18,530 nt of DNA, filler included, from an uncultured virus (IMG/VR IMGVR_UViG_2061766007_000706) (2 parts of one record of this genome joined end to end with filler, not necessarily neighbours in it), one strand, 5' to 3'; counted from the first letter of the whole stretch, positions 1 through 8,292 are shown. Program-made: numbers and translations. Notes: a model not told the origin generated them from the letters alone.

Positions 1-29
1 CGTTGTAATGGTAATTTGCCGATCATAGT

Positions 30-491
30 TCACTTTCCGCACCTCCTTTCCTTTTCAACTTTCGCTATCGCCGCTTCCGCTATGGTATCCGGTTTCGTCT
101 TGTTGCAAGCCGTTTCAAACTCACCATAAATCCGTTGCGCTTCCTTTTCGGCTTCCGCTTTTTGTGCCGCCGCCGTTGTTTTGCCGCGTTCACACACGGC
201 GATCAACTCTTCATCGGTCATCAATCCACGGGCTTTGATTTCATCGGTTAAGGCTTTGAACATCGCCGGAATCACCTGTTCGGCATATTCCCGTTTCGTT
301 ATGTTGTGCATCAAGGCTTTATACATGGAACGGTATCCCGCCGCTTCATGCAATAACACCGCTTTATAACGTCCGGGGCATCGCCTTGCCCGGTTCGCGG
401 CTTCATTTGCCCGGTCAAGTAGACTTTGCGCCAGATCCTCACCGGCGAACATCGCCGCGCCACACTTTCTGCAGTAAAGCATCCGCATCAC
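30..491 (-). CDS. Hypothetical phage protein with N-terminal CxxC
   Basis: 153-aa ORF, CRKC motif, GAGGTGA RBS upstream. Confidence 0.7.
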   Translation of the reverse strand: MMRMLYCRKCGAAMFAGEDLAQSLLDRANEAANRARRCPGRYKAVLLHEAAGYRSMYKALMHNITKREYAEQVIPAMFKALTDEIKARGLMTDEELIAVCERGKTTAAAQKAEAEKEAQRIYGEFETACNKTKPDTIAEAAIAKVEKERRCGK

Positions 492-542
492 TCGTCACCT
501 CTCAAGCGACCCCGTGTAGCCGTATCCGTCTGCGCCGCTGGT

Positions 543-1290
543 TCAGTGTATTGAATTCGGCCACCCCCGGAGGGGGTGGGGATATTCCGATAACCGAAAA
601 GCNNNNNNNNNNNNNNNNNNNNNNNNNNNNNNNNNNNNNNNNNNNNNNNNNNNNNNNNNNNNNNNNNNNNNNNNNNNNNNNNNNNNNNNNNNNNNNNNNN
701 NNNNNNNNNGATTGCGCCGTTTTTTCATGGGTTCAAACTGTTTTACATCTTCTGGTTCTTCCATACCGTATTCATTCACACCGAATATCTCTTTTTCTGT
801 GGGAATCCGCAGATAATCGCCGTTCGGAAAAGGGATCATATTTTCCCGAATATCCTGCGGGAATTTGGCAAGAATATCTGCATTCAGTTTCTTTCGTAAA
901 TCACTATCCTCCCATCCCGGATAATTACCGCTGTTATTCATCAGCGGGTATTCNNNNNNNNNNCACAACATCGTCCCGGATATCAACGCACATCGCTTCC
1001 ACGAGTTCTCCGTCCGTCAATGCAAATTTGATAACGTCACCGATGCAGAATCCGCGCGGGGCTTCTTCTGAACATTCCTGTTCTTCCACAGCTTGAACAA
1101 CCATATCACCGAGGATTTCCTTCAAGCCGTAAAATACACACCGGATATCGGTTTCATCGACCTTGTAGGGTTTTCCCCACTGACCACGAGAACAAACATC
1201 GTGTAGAATCTTAATTGCTCTTTCTTCGCCCTTGTCAAGCAGATTCCCCAAATCACTGATCGTTATTGGCGTGTTGATCTTGTTTTTCAT
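543..1290 (-). CDS. DUF6273-like protein, probable DGR target (C-type lectin-like C-terminus)
   Basis: ORFs 934..1290 and 543..986 join across a 10-N gap. Motifs IGDVIKFALTDGE, GWEDSDLRKKLN, LRIPTEKEIFG, QFEPMKKRRN and terminal AFRL match this family. RBS AAGGAGG. The expected WLR...GVRP segment is hidden by Ns 603-709. Confidence 0.65.
561..579. other. Perfect GC-rich hairpin CCACCCCC-GGA-GGGGGTGG, DGR-type cis element candidate
   Basis: 8-bp perfect inverted repeat with 3-nt loop, about 23 nt 3' of the masked segment on the coding strand. Confidence 0.6.
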
Positions 1291-1495
1291 CGTTGTAATC
1301 CTCCTTCCGCATAAAGCGTTTACAAGTATGATAAAAATATCGGCAATTATGCCGGGGCTTTGCAGATAAGCATTTGCCCCAATGGGACTGCTTATCCGGC
1401 CATAATGGGTGAAAGGTTGTATCCCGTACCCAATCCCGGCAATTCTGGCAGATCGTTCGGTTATTCGGCTTCAGATCTTCAAAACCGTATCCCGC
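1253..1495 (-). CDS. Small Cys-rich hypothetical protein (5' end in N gap)
   Basis: Manual translation ...ICQNCRDW...WGKCLSAKPRHNCRYFYHTCKRF..., open for 81 codons; not in the ORF track. Confidence 0.55.
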   Translation of the reverse strand, partial: AGYGFEDLKPNNRTICQNCRDWVRDTTFHPLWPDKQSHWGKCLSAKPRHNCRYFYHTCKRFMRKEDYNDEKQDQHANNDQ

Positions 1496-1523
1496 NNNNN
1501 NNNNNNNNNNNNNNNNNNNNNNN

Positions 1524-1961
1524 ATTCAGTTTCCCGCTTTTGTGACCAAACACGGGCTTTTCTTTTGTGCATTTCAGAACTTCCGATAACGGAATATCAA
1601 TTTCGCTCCACTTAAATATCAATACACCGTTAGGCTTCAGCACCCGGAAACACTCCCGAAATCCCGCCGCAAGCATCTGCGGCCAATCATCATGCAACTC
1701 GCCGTATTTGATGAATTGCCAGCCCGTTGCGGGCTTTCCGGTATCGTGTCTTTTCAAATGGGGGGGGNNNNNNNNNNNNNNNNNNNNNNNNNNNNNNNNN
1801 NNNNNTTTCACGTCCGGATGAACAGCGTATTCGCGTCCGTCACACAGGTTCGTATCAAAATCCCGGTTATCACAAAACAACACACGGGGATCGTTCTTAT
1901 CGAAATAGAACATCCTGCCGCCGCAACACACGTCAAGCACCGGCTGAATCGGTCTTGCCAT
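1524..1961 (-). CDS. Phage class I SAM-dependent methyltransferase (3' end in N gap)
   Basis: VLDVCCGGRMFYFDK (motif I), (D)PPHL, GFRECFRVLKPNGVLIFKWSE; GGAGGTG RBS before ATG at 1961. Confidence 0.85.
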
Positions 1962-2316
1962 CGTCACACCTCCACGGGTTGTTTTCGTACCGCTTGCCAC
2001 TGGTTTTCTCCCAATCGAGAATCCGGTCAAGTGTTCCATCCCGCCGCAAGCGCATCAGATACGCCTTGATACGGGCTTCCTTTTCATCCGACCAAATGAG
2101 CCCTTGCGACAACGTATAATGCTCACGGGCTTCATTGGTCAGCGGGGACAGGGTATAAGGATTGTACGGTTTCGGATTGCCTTTCTTGTCATACTGCCGC
2201 CCTTTAGGGTTAGCCGCTTTGAAATCCAAATATGCATAATAGGAATTCACCGCGTAAAGCCGCGCACGGATCGTACACATTGCCTTGCGTTGTTCCGGGT
2301 TTCGGGCAGTCATCAT
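1933..2316 (-). CDS. Hypothetical protein
   Basis: 127-aa ORF, ATGA coupling to upstream gene, GGAGGTG RBS. Confidence 0.7.
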   Translation of the reverse strand: MMTARNPEQRKAMCTIRARLYAVNSYYAYLDFKAANPKGRQYDKKGNPKPYNPYTLSPLTNEAREHYTLSQGLIWSDEKEARIKAYLMRLRRDGTLDRILDWEKTSGKRYENNPWRCDDGKTDSAGA

Positions 2317-2591
2317 TCGAATTTCACCTCCCCGATAACACCCATATCAAGTAAGTCATGTATCAAATCAAAGATTCTTCCAAATGTGACAACGCTTTTT
2401 GCGCTGATACCAATACCGCGAATCGGGCTTGAATGCGCACTGCACATCAGCATATAGGCTTCCACTACCGCAATTTCATAATCTTCGCGGGTTTCCTTAT
2501 AATCCCGCCCTACTTCATCGTGACAGGCAACAATGAGATCCATTAAGGCATCAGATACCTTCTTACATCTTTCTTCATCCGCTTTTGTCAT
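2313..2591 (-). CDS. Hypothetical protein
   Basis: ATGA overlap with DUF4406 stop; AGGAGGT RBS. Confidence 0.7.
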   Translation of the reverse strand: MTKADEERCKKVSDALMDLIVACHDEVGRDYKETREDYEIAVVEAYMLMCSAHSSPIRGIGISAKSVVTFGRIFDLIHDLLDMGVIGEVKFE

Positions 2592-2929
2592 ACCGTTGCT
2601 AACCTCCTGTCCACTTCGGCTTTCCATTCCTCAAACGTGAAGATCCGCATCCCCGCCCGTGTAGCTTCAGCCACCTCCATTTGCGCTCCTTTGCTGTTGA
2701 TCCAGTCGGGCAACAGGCACACCGCTTCACATACGGACATCATCGCAAGGGTAACTTTCAGATATTCACCGTGTTCAAAACCGGACGAGGGAAGGATCGC
2801 CGGATTCATCACCGCGTATCCCGCCTGTTCAAGCAGATATGCCGCTTTTGCGAACTTCACTTGATACGTTGGGTCATTTGTAATCATGCCGGACAGGAAT
2901 ACCTTCATACGCGGCTTATCACAGATCAT
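2588..2929 (-). CDS. DUF4406 family protein (nucleoside deoxyribosyltransferase-like fold)
   Basis: KVFLSGMIT, F..AA..L...GY.V.NPA, CEAVCLLPDWINSKGAQME. Confidence 0.85.
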   Translation of the reverse strand: MICDKPRMKVFLSGMITNDPTYQVKFAKAAYLLEQAGYAVMNPAILPSSGFEHGEYLKVTLAMMSVCEAVCLLPDWINSKGAQMEVAEATRAGMRIFTFEEWKAEVDRRLATV

Positions 2930-3363
2930 CGTCAAACGGCTCCTCTTCCTTTTTCTCTTCAATCGGCATGGACAAGCCGATTTCAAANNNNNNNNNNNNN
3001 NNNNNGCGTAAACCGGTAAATCAAATCCCGGTTCCGGTAATTCTTCGGCAGTTCCATTTCCCGGATCTGATGAAAACATTTCGCAAGCAACGAACAATCC
3101 CGGAACACAAGGTAAACGCCTTTTAGGGATTCAATGATTTTCGGGTCAATCGGGTTGCCCTGTTCAACGTTATCTTTCTCAAAATCATCAATGAAATCAC
3201 CAAACCAAATCACCGCTTTGCCGCTTCCCGTGATATTTTCTTTGGGGACAAGGATATCAGCATGGTCATCCGCATACCGTACATCGGGCATATTGCCGAA
3301 CTTATCCCGCATCTGCTGTTCAAGCTTACTGGGCTTTTCCTTGCCGCCTTTCAATACCTTCAT
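2919..3363 (-). CDS. Hypothetical protein
   Basis: ORF 2983..3363 continues after the N gap as FEIGLSMPIEEKKEEEPFDDDL-stop. Confidence 0.65.
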
Positions 3364-3944
3364 GTTGCACCTCCAAATACTCTGACGGGGAGAACAAGTG
3401 ACATTGCATCCAGATCTTCCGTTTTGTACGGGTGAACGATAAACGGTTCATACGCCGTACCGAATTCAAGGATCACCGTATCTTGATTCTTCATGCCGTT
3501 TAATGCGTCAAGCAGATACGCCGGGTTAACAGCAATGGAATATTCCGTCCTGCGTTCAATCGCCGGTTTTAGAAACTTACTGTCAAAATCCGGATATTCG
3601 CCGTTGGGGATATCCAACGTACAACAATCAATCATTACGCCGCCTTTATCGTAGAAATAGGCAACGTATTTACCCTCTACCACGTTGGATACCATCACAG
3701 ATACCGTTTTCGGCGGGGCTTTCAGCGGGGGAATCAGCAATTCTGTGCGTGTCCTTTCGGACATTACACATTTCCCGTTCAGCTTCGCCAACCGGAATCC
3801 GTCACTTGCCACGGCTTCAAACCGGCTATCTTCGCACCGGAACCGGATATAATGAAGCATCTGCCGTGAATCATCAAGGCTAACCACCGTACCGACAATA
3901 TTCTGAATATCTTTCCAATCCCAAATCGTAAACTGGATTGTCAT
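3360..3944 (-). CDS. Shortened DNA polymerase III beta-clamp-like protein
   Basis: EAVASDGFRLA, GEYPDF, IAVNPAYLLDAL, LVLPVR parallel DnaN ATDGHRLA, G.YPDY, FN..YL.D.L, MP.R; only 194 aa. Confidence 0.75.
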   Translation of the reverse strand: MTIQFTIWDWKDIQNIVGTVVSLDDSRQMLHYIRFRCEDSRFEAVASDGFRLAKLNGKCVMSERTRTELLIPPLKAPPKTVSVMVSNVVEGKYVAYFYDKGGVMIDCCTLDIPNGEYPDFDSKFLKPAIERRTEYSIAVNPAYLLDALNGMKNQDTVILEFGTAYEPFIVHPYKTEDLDAMSLVLPVRVFGGAT

Positions 3945-4711
3945 CCCAGATCCACCTCCTCCTGCCTCGTGTAGCTTTCCAGCATTTCCTCACGCGCCCG
4001 CTTACAGAAGTCGCGGCTAATTTCAAATCCGTATCCGCTTCGCCCGGTTTCAAGGCAAGCCCGGAGGGTTGAACCGCTTCCGGCCACCGGATCAATTACA
4101 ACCTCGCCCGGATCGGTAAAGATTTCGATCAACCGTTTCAGTACGTTCACGGGCTTCTGCGCCGGATGAATCTTTGGGATTTCCTTCCCGTCACGCTTCC
4201 ACTCAAACCAATCAAAGATCATCTTGCCGTTGTTGTTGAACTTTGGCAGTTTGTCCCGGTAAAAGAGCATCGCGTGTTCCGTTGCGCCGCAGATCCGCAT
4301 ATTCGCCTTTAGCACTTGCGGCGAATAATTCTTGATGAAAGACAAATGGATATTGTTTTTGAATCCGTACTTCTGTGCGGCATCAATCAACGTAGGAATC
4401 TGCTGAAAAGAGCAAAATACGATCATTGCCGGGGCTTTGCCGCGTTCTTTCGGTTCCGGGCGTAACAGCCGGTTGCAGAAATGGAAGTATTCAACCAGAT
4501 TGAAGTTGAAATCCGAATAGAACGCCGCTTTTCCGGCTTTCTTACTTTCTCCGTTACGGCGATCCCCCCCCACATACCAAGTAGGGTTAGAACCGTAAAA
4601 GTTAGTACCGACATTGTACGGAACATCCGCGATCACCAGCTGGGCTTTCGGAATGCCGTACCCTTTGAAATTCTGAAAACTATCATTGAACAATTCGATT
4701 CGCTGTTTCAT
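3941..4711 (-). CDS. Beta-class N6-adenine/N4-cytosine DNA methyltransferase
   Basis: IADVPY catalytic motif, HPAQKP, VIDPVAGSGST SAM motif, GFEI. Confidence 0.92.
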   Translation of the reverse strand: MKQRIELFNDSFQNFKGYGIPKAQLVIADVPYNVGTNFYGSNPTWYVGGDRRNGESKKAGKAAFYSDFNFNLVEYFHFCNRLLRPEPKERGKAPAMIVFCSFQQIPTLIDAAQKYGFKNNIHLSFIKNYSPQVLKANMRICGATEHAMLFYRDKLPKFNNNGKMIFDWFEWKRDGKEIPKIHPAQKPVNVLKRLIEIFTDPGEVVIDPVAGSGSTLRACLETGRSGYGFEISRDFCKRAREEMLESYTRQEEVDLG

Positions 4712-5148
4712 TCCGCTTCCTCCGTTTTTACTGGATCATCCTTGAAATCTGCCCACCGAATCACCTTCATCCGGCACGTAAACGGCGGCAGATCACCTTC
4801 ACAAGTGAATTGATGAATATCCGGTTTCCACCGATAAACACCGTAATATGTGCTGACAGGGACTTTCTGCGGGTCTTGAGGGTAAATGAACATATATTCG
4901 ACCAAATACAGATCATCCCGTATGGGTTCATCATCCCGGTTGAACCACATAAGCACGGGTTCCGAACGTCCATAGGCGCGTTCCAACGCGCGGTTGTACG
5001 TTCGTTCACGGGGCGATACCGCTTGACAGTGCGGGTTATCACACACATACGATATCCAACCGTCTGCGCTTACCTGTGGATGCATCCGGGATTTACTTCC
5101 GTCCTGCATCCTGCAAAAAGGACAATGGGGCATTCTTCTCCTTTTCAT
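4708..5148 (-). CDS. Lar-like zinc-ribbon protein with extra C-terminal domain
   Basis: CPFC...YVC...C N-terminus; C-terminus ending KVIRWA; AAGGAGG RBS and ATGA coupling. Confidence 0.55.
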   Translation of the reverse strand: MKRRRMPHCPFCRMQDGSKSRMHPQVSADGWISYVCDNPHCQAVSPRERTYNRALERAYGRSEPVLMWFNRDDEPIRDDLYLVEYMFIYPQDPQKVPVSTYYGVYRWKPDIHQFTCEGDLPPFTCRMKVIRWADFKDDPVKTEEAE

Positions 5149-5388
5149 GCGTCCTCCTTGAAAGAATCAACAATGGCTTGCTTAATCGCTTTCTCAAGGT
5201 TCTTTAGCAACCGGGGCCTGATTTCGTACCATAATTCGCGCCGAGTCTGTCTTCCAACGATGTTTTCATAGGTTGTGAACCGGTTTCCGCACCATTCGCA
5301 TTCCCTTCTGCGCCGGATGGAGTTGTCCTTACCGGGGCGGGNNNNNNNNNNNNNNNNNNNNNNNNNNNNNNTTCGGGCAACTAATCAT
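5145..5388 (-). CDS. NrdR-like zinc-ribbon protein lacking the ATP-cone
   Basis: Manual translation MISCP[gap]RPGKDNSIRRRRECEWCGNRFTTYE..., the NrdR N-terminal signature; missed by the ORF track because of the gap. Confidence 0.8.
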
Positions 5389-5452
5389 GGATCGTCCCTC
5401 CATATGTATTTGTAATAGAATTGGGGTAACGGGCTTTCTCGTCATTGGGCAT
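5381..5452 (-). CDS. Putative 23-aa peptide
   Basis: AAAGGAGG RBS then MPNDEKARYPNSITNTYGGTIHD-stop; first ORF after the promoter and overlapping the next start. Confidence 0.4.
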   Translation of the reverse strand: MPNDEKARYPNSITNTYGGTIHD

Positions 5453-5506
5453 CGTGACAAGCCTCCTTTGAATCGTCCGAGTGTTTGTCGGAAGGTTCCA
5501 ACGCGG

Positions 5507-5592
5507 TCTGCGTTTTATGGACTATTCGCATTATAGTCTGCATTTTGTAGAGTGTCAATAGAATAAACGCTAAAAAGTCTACAAAATATAGA
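5507..5592. promoter_or_regulatory. Three operator-like 15-bp imperfect palindromes
   Basis: TCTGCGTTTTATGGA 5507-5521, TCTGCATTTTGTAGA 5537-5551 (promoter spacer), TCTACAAAATATAGA 5578-5592. Confidence 0.65.
5530..5558 (-). promoter_or_regulatory. Consensus sigma70/sigmaA promoter
   Basis: TTGACA (5558-5553), 17 nt spacer, TATAAT (5535-5530). Confidence 0.9.
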
Positions 5593-5823
5593 TGTTTTTA
5601 TTCTATTCGCGCATAATCGTATTCCCGGCGGGAATACCCGATTCGTCACGCGCATAACTGCGGCCAGCTGGGAGGGGGCTACACGGAAGCACGCGAAAAG
5701 ATCTGGGCGGCGATCACATTAAACGAAAAAAAAAATTTCGGATTTACTGTAAAAAGTATGGTTCAAGTGAACGTAAGAGGGTGAGGGGATAAAACCCCAA
5801 CAATAAAGAAAGGGTGAATCGAA

Positions 5824-6029
5824 ATGAAAGTCACCAATTACACAGTACGGTTNNNNNNNNNNNNNNNNNNNNNNNNNNNNNNNNNNNNNNNNNNNNNNNN
5901 NNNNNNNNNNNNNNNNAAGATACGCTTGACGCGCTTGTGCGCCAGTTAGGGTATAAGACGGTACATGAACCGGGTAGCCGGTATTACGCACCATTATGCA
6001 CTAAAAATAAAAACCGGGCGGCTCAATGA
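5824..6029 (+). CDS. Possible small protein, the only plausible plus-strand gene
   Basis: AAAGAAAGGGTGA RBS then ATG (MKVTNYTVR...); after a gap DTLDALVRQLGYKTVHEPG...stop. Confidence 0.45.
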
Positions 6030-6036
6030 ACCGCCC
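6003..6036 (-). terminator. Rho-independent terminator
   Basis: Minus strand GGGCGGTTC-ATT-GAGCCGCCC followed by GGTTTTTATTTTT, overlapping the stop at 6023. Confidence 0.75.
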
Positions 6037-6257
6037 AATCTTCATATTCCGTAACCTGTTCGCCNNNNNNNNNNNNNNNNNNNNNNNNNNNNNNNATGGA
6101 TGTAAAGCCGTTCCGGGTCTTTGTCTGGGGATAAGCGGTACACCTTAAAATCGGTTGCGCCGTTACAATCGCTGAATCCGTACACATTTGCGATCTGCCA
6201 CATATGCATGAATTCTGCGGCGAATTCGCCATCATACTTAAAAGTAATCAGATACAT
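6023..6257 (-). CDS. Hypothetical protein
   Basis: MYLITFKYDG... joins GEQVTEYEDWAVH across the N gap; AAGGAGG RBS. Confidence 0.65.
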
Positions 6258-6472
6258 TTCTTCAGTTCCTCCTTCACAATAAACATCGTTCCTTCTACAT
6301 TCAGAATGTAATCACGGGGCAGATAATCCGGTAAACTGTGATCCTCTTGATACGGAAAGATCTGTTCGCACGTATACCGGAAAGGGCATCCGGTACACCG
6401 GTCATCTGGGAGATCCTTGCAAGCTTGCCAACAATCCTTGCGTTCCTGTGTTGCTTCCAATGCGCTCATCAT
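6248..6472 (-). CDS. Small Cys-rich hypothetical protein
   Basis: CWQAC...CTGCPF..TC; AAGGAGGTAA RBS. Confidence 0.7.
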   Translation of the reverse strand: MMSALEATQERKDCWQACKDLPDDRCTGCPFRYTCEQIFPYQEDHSLPDYLPRDYILNVEGTMFIVKEELKKCI

Positions 6473-6486
6473 GGTTCCTTACCTCC

Positions 6487-6744
6487 TTAACAAAATCTCT
6501 TGCACAGGGCGATCAACTGCGGACGCATATGGAATACCATCCGCTTTGCAACGTTGCTGTTTATCTGTCCACGGGTGGAATGAACGATCACTTCGGAAAC
6601 TTCATTTACAAGCTTCCACATCCGGCTATATGCTTTCATGGAGCCCTCTTCATCGCCCGTGTCATCCTGTTCATCGGAAAGGCGGTTCAGCCGGTCAATT
6701 TCGTTCAGTTTGTTAAGCATGGTCTTTTCAACGGAATTCTTCAT
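6487..6744 (-). CDS. Hypothetical protein
   Basis: 85-aa ORF, AAGGAGGTAA RBS, first gene after promoter. Confidence 0.75.
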   Translation of the reverse strand: MKNSVEKTMLNKLNEIDRLNRLSDEQDDTGDEEGSMKAYSRMWKLVNEVSEVIVHSTRGQINSNVAKRMVFHMRPQLIALCKRFC

Positions 6745-6788
6745 CGGGGTTTACCTCCTTCAAGTTGCTTTGTTCAACCGTCACGAAC

Positions 6789-6817
6789 ATTGTAAATTAT
6801 AAAATTGCTTTTGTCAA
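6789..6817 (-). promoter_or_regulatory. sigma70/sigmaA promoter
   Basis: TTGACA (6817-6812), 17 nt spacer, TACAAT (6794-6789). Confidence 0.85.
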
Positions 6818-6864
6818 CATCTTTTGACAACTTTTTATAACTTTTTGAAAAATAATTTTTCCGT

Positions 6865-6884
6865 TGTAAATTTTAGAATTTACA
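6865..6884. promoter_or_regulatory. Operator-like palindrome
   Basis: TGTAAATT-ttag-AATTTACA; degenerate copy TGTAAATT-ataa-AATTgctt at 6791-6810 over the promoter. Confidence 0.6.
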
Positions 6885-6992
6885 TATACGCAAAATAGAG
6901 GAATCGCCCGATCCAAAATAGAGCCGCTGGACACGCGGACTGCTGGCGGGGCTACACGGGATCGGTGGAGCAGATCCGCGCGAGGGCAAGTG

Positions 6993-7019
6993 AAAAGCCG
7001 GGGCGTTATGCCTCGGCTT
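6993..7019 (-). terminator. Probable Rho-independent terminator
   Basis: Minus strand AAGCCGAGGC-ATAAC-GCCCCGGCTTTT with the stop codon in the loop; short U tract. Confidence 0.55.
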
Positions 7020-7197
7020 CATTCAACAGGTTAATACAATCACTGAATCGGTACGTTCGGTTGTTTACCACCAGATCCCGGTTCCGCGTATACCCGGCTA
7101 ACCATTCGGCAAAGTTCCGTTTTCCGTACCGAATCCGGGCATTATTGAGCCATCCGACAAGGGATGCTACCGTGGGGAAGGTCTGAATCACGATCAT
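7006..7197 (-). CDS. Hypothetical protein
   Basis: MIVIQTFPTV...; ATGA coupling, AGGAGG RBS. Confidence 0.65.
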   Translation of the reverse strand: MIVIQTFPTVASLVGWLNNARIRYGKRNFAEWLAGYTRNRDLVVNNRTYRFSDCINLLNEAEA

Positions 7198-7439
7198 CTT
7201 ACACGCCCTCCTATCGCGTTCAAATAGCACTTATGATAAATCGGAATTATAGATATATCACCATCACTGCGGCTTGTACGATCAATCCAAACCATGATGA
7301 TATTCATTTCCGGGGCAAGAGCATTGATCTTGTTCATCGCTTCATCAAGGGAATTGCACGGATCTGACCAGTCACACCGCCACACCCGGCCATCTTCTTT
7401 GGTATCGTCAATCAGCATACTTACCCAATACAGAAACAT
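7194..7439 (-). CDS. Hypothetical protein
   Basis: 81-aa ORF, GGAGGTG RBS. Confidence 0.7.
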   Translation of the reverse strand: MFLYWVSMLIDDTKEDGRVWRCDWSDPCNSLDEAMNKINALAPEMNIIMVWIDRTSRSDGDISIIPIYHKCYLNAIGGRVR

Positions 7440-7441
7440 CT

Positions 7442-8005
7442 CTATTTCACCTCCCGTTTCAAGCTTTCAAGCGCGGATTTCGATTCTTGATACAATTCCT
7501 GCAGTAAGTTCAATTGGGCTTCATATAATTCGCTTGTGTCAACGTGGGAATTTTCCCACATATCGCACAGCCGTTCATATTTCTTTTCAGAAATCGCGCC
7601 GAATCCGTATGCTTCCCGGATATCATCAAGGCTTGAATATTCGGAAAGTTCAGCTTCATACTTCCGCTTCAGACGTTCCACCCGGCAATCTTCCGACTTC
7701 ATCACCTTCTGTGTCAGCTTCTGAAGTTCCGACAACCACCAATTAAGCAACTGGATATTCGTTNNNNNNNNNNCCCCGTAATAGTTGCGAATGCCACTGC
7801 TCCACAGTTCCATGAAATAACGATCCCGATATGCATATACTTTCAGCCGCACCGGATACTTGCCCGCGATCATAACATCGTGATCCTCAACAATTGTTCC
7901 GTAATGCTGAACATCCCAATCCGTGAAATCGTCATCCGCTTTCATGCGGAAACGATCACGGTAATTCCGAACACCGCAAACCGATTCTTCATAGGGCTGT
8001 TTCAT
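7442..8005 (-). CDS. Hypothetical protein(s), possibly two genes with the boundary in the gap at 7764-7773
   Basis: Start MKQPYEES at 8005 with AAGGAGG RBS and ATGA coupling. Confidence 0.6.
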   Translation of the reverse strand: MKQPYEESVCGVRNYRDRFRMKADDDFTDWDVQHYGTIVEDHDVMIAGKYPVRLKVYAYRDRYFMELWSSGIRNYYGXXXXTNIQLLNWWLSELQKLTQKVMKSEDCRVERLKRKYEAELSEYSSLDDIREAYGFGAISEKKYERLCDMWENSHVDTSELYEAQLNLLQELYQESKSALESLKREVK

Positions 8006-8277
8006 TTCCGATCCTCCTTCCGCAATTCTTCCCAAACGTGACCGGCAAGTTCCTGCATCGCGCCGGGGCAATCCTGCACGAACTGGCAAAACAGGAACGT
8101 CATGAATTCCGATTTCACCCGTTGCCATTCTTCCTTTGACATATCCGGGTTCTGCTTCAGCTTCATATCAAGCAGTTCCCCGGTCAGCTTTTGACCAACC
8201 GGGCTGTTTAAGGCTACCCGCAATCCTGCGGACACATTTTCAACGAATCCATCAAAATCATCGGCAATCCGGTTCAT
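8002..8277 (-). CDS. Hypothetical protein
   Basis: 91-aa ORF, AGGAGGTAA RBS. Confidence 0.75.
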   Translation of the reverse strand: MNRIADDFDGFVENVSAGLRVALNSPVGQKLTGELLDMKLKQNPDMSKEEWQRVKSEFMTFLFCQFVQDCPGAMQELAGHVWEELRKEDRK

Positions 8278-8292
8278 GATCCTTACCTCCTA

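Noticed and set aside
4226..4240. AAC-rich run that could be a DGR template repeat
   Set aside because: It encodes FNNNGK inside the methyltransferase and shows no similarity to the target 3' end.
5761..5772. GTTC-N4-GAAC as a LexA/SOS box
   Set aside because: The Firmicutes box is GAAC-N4-GTTC; the half-sites here are in the opposite order.
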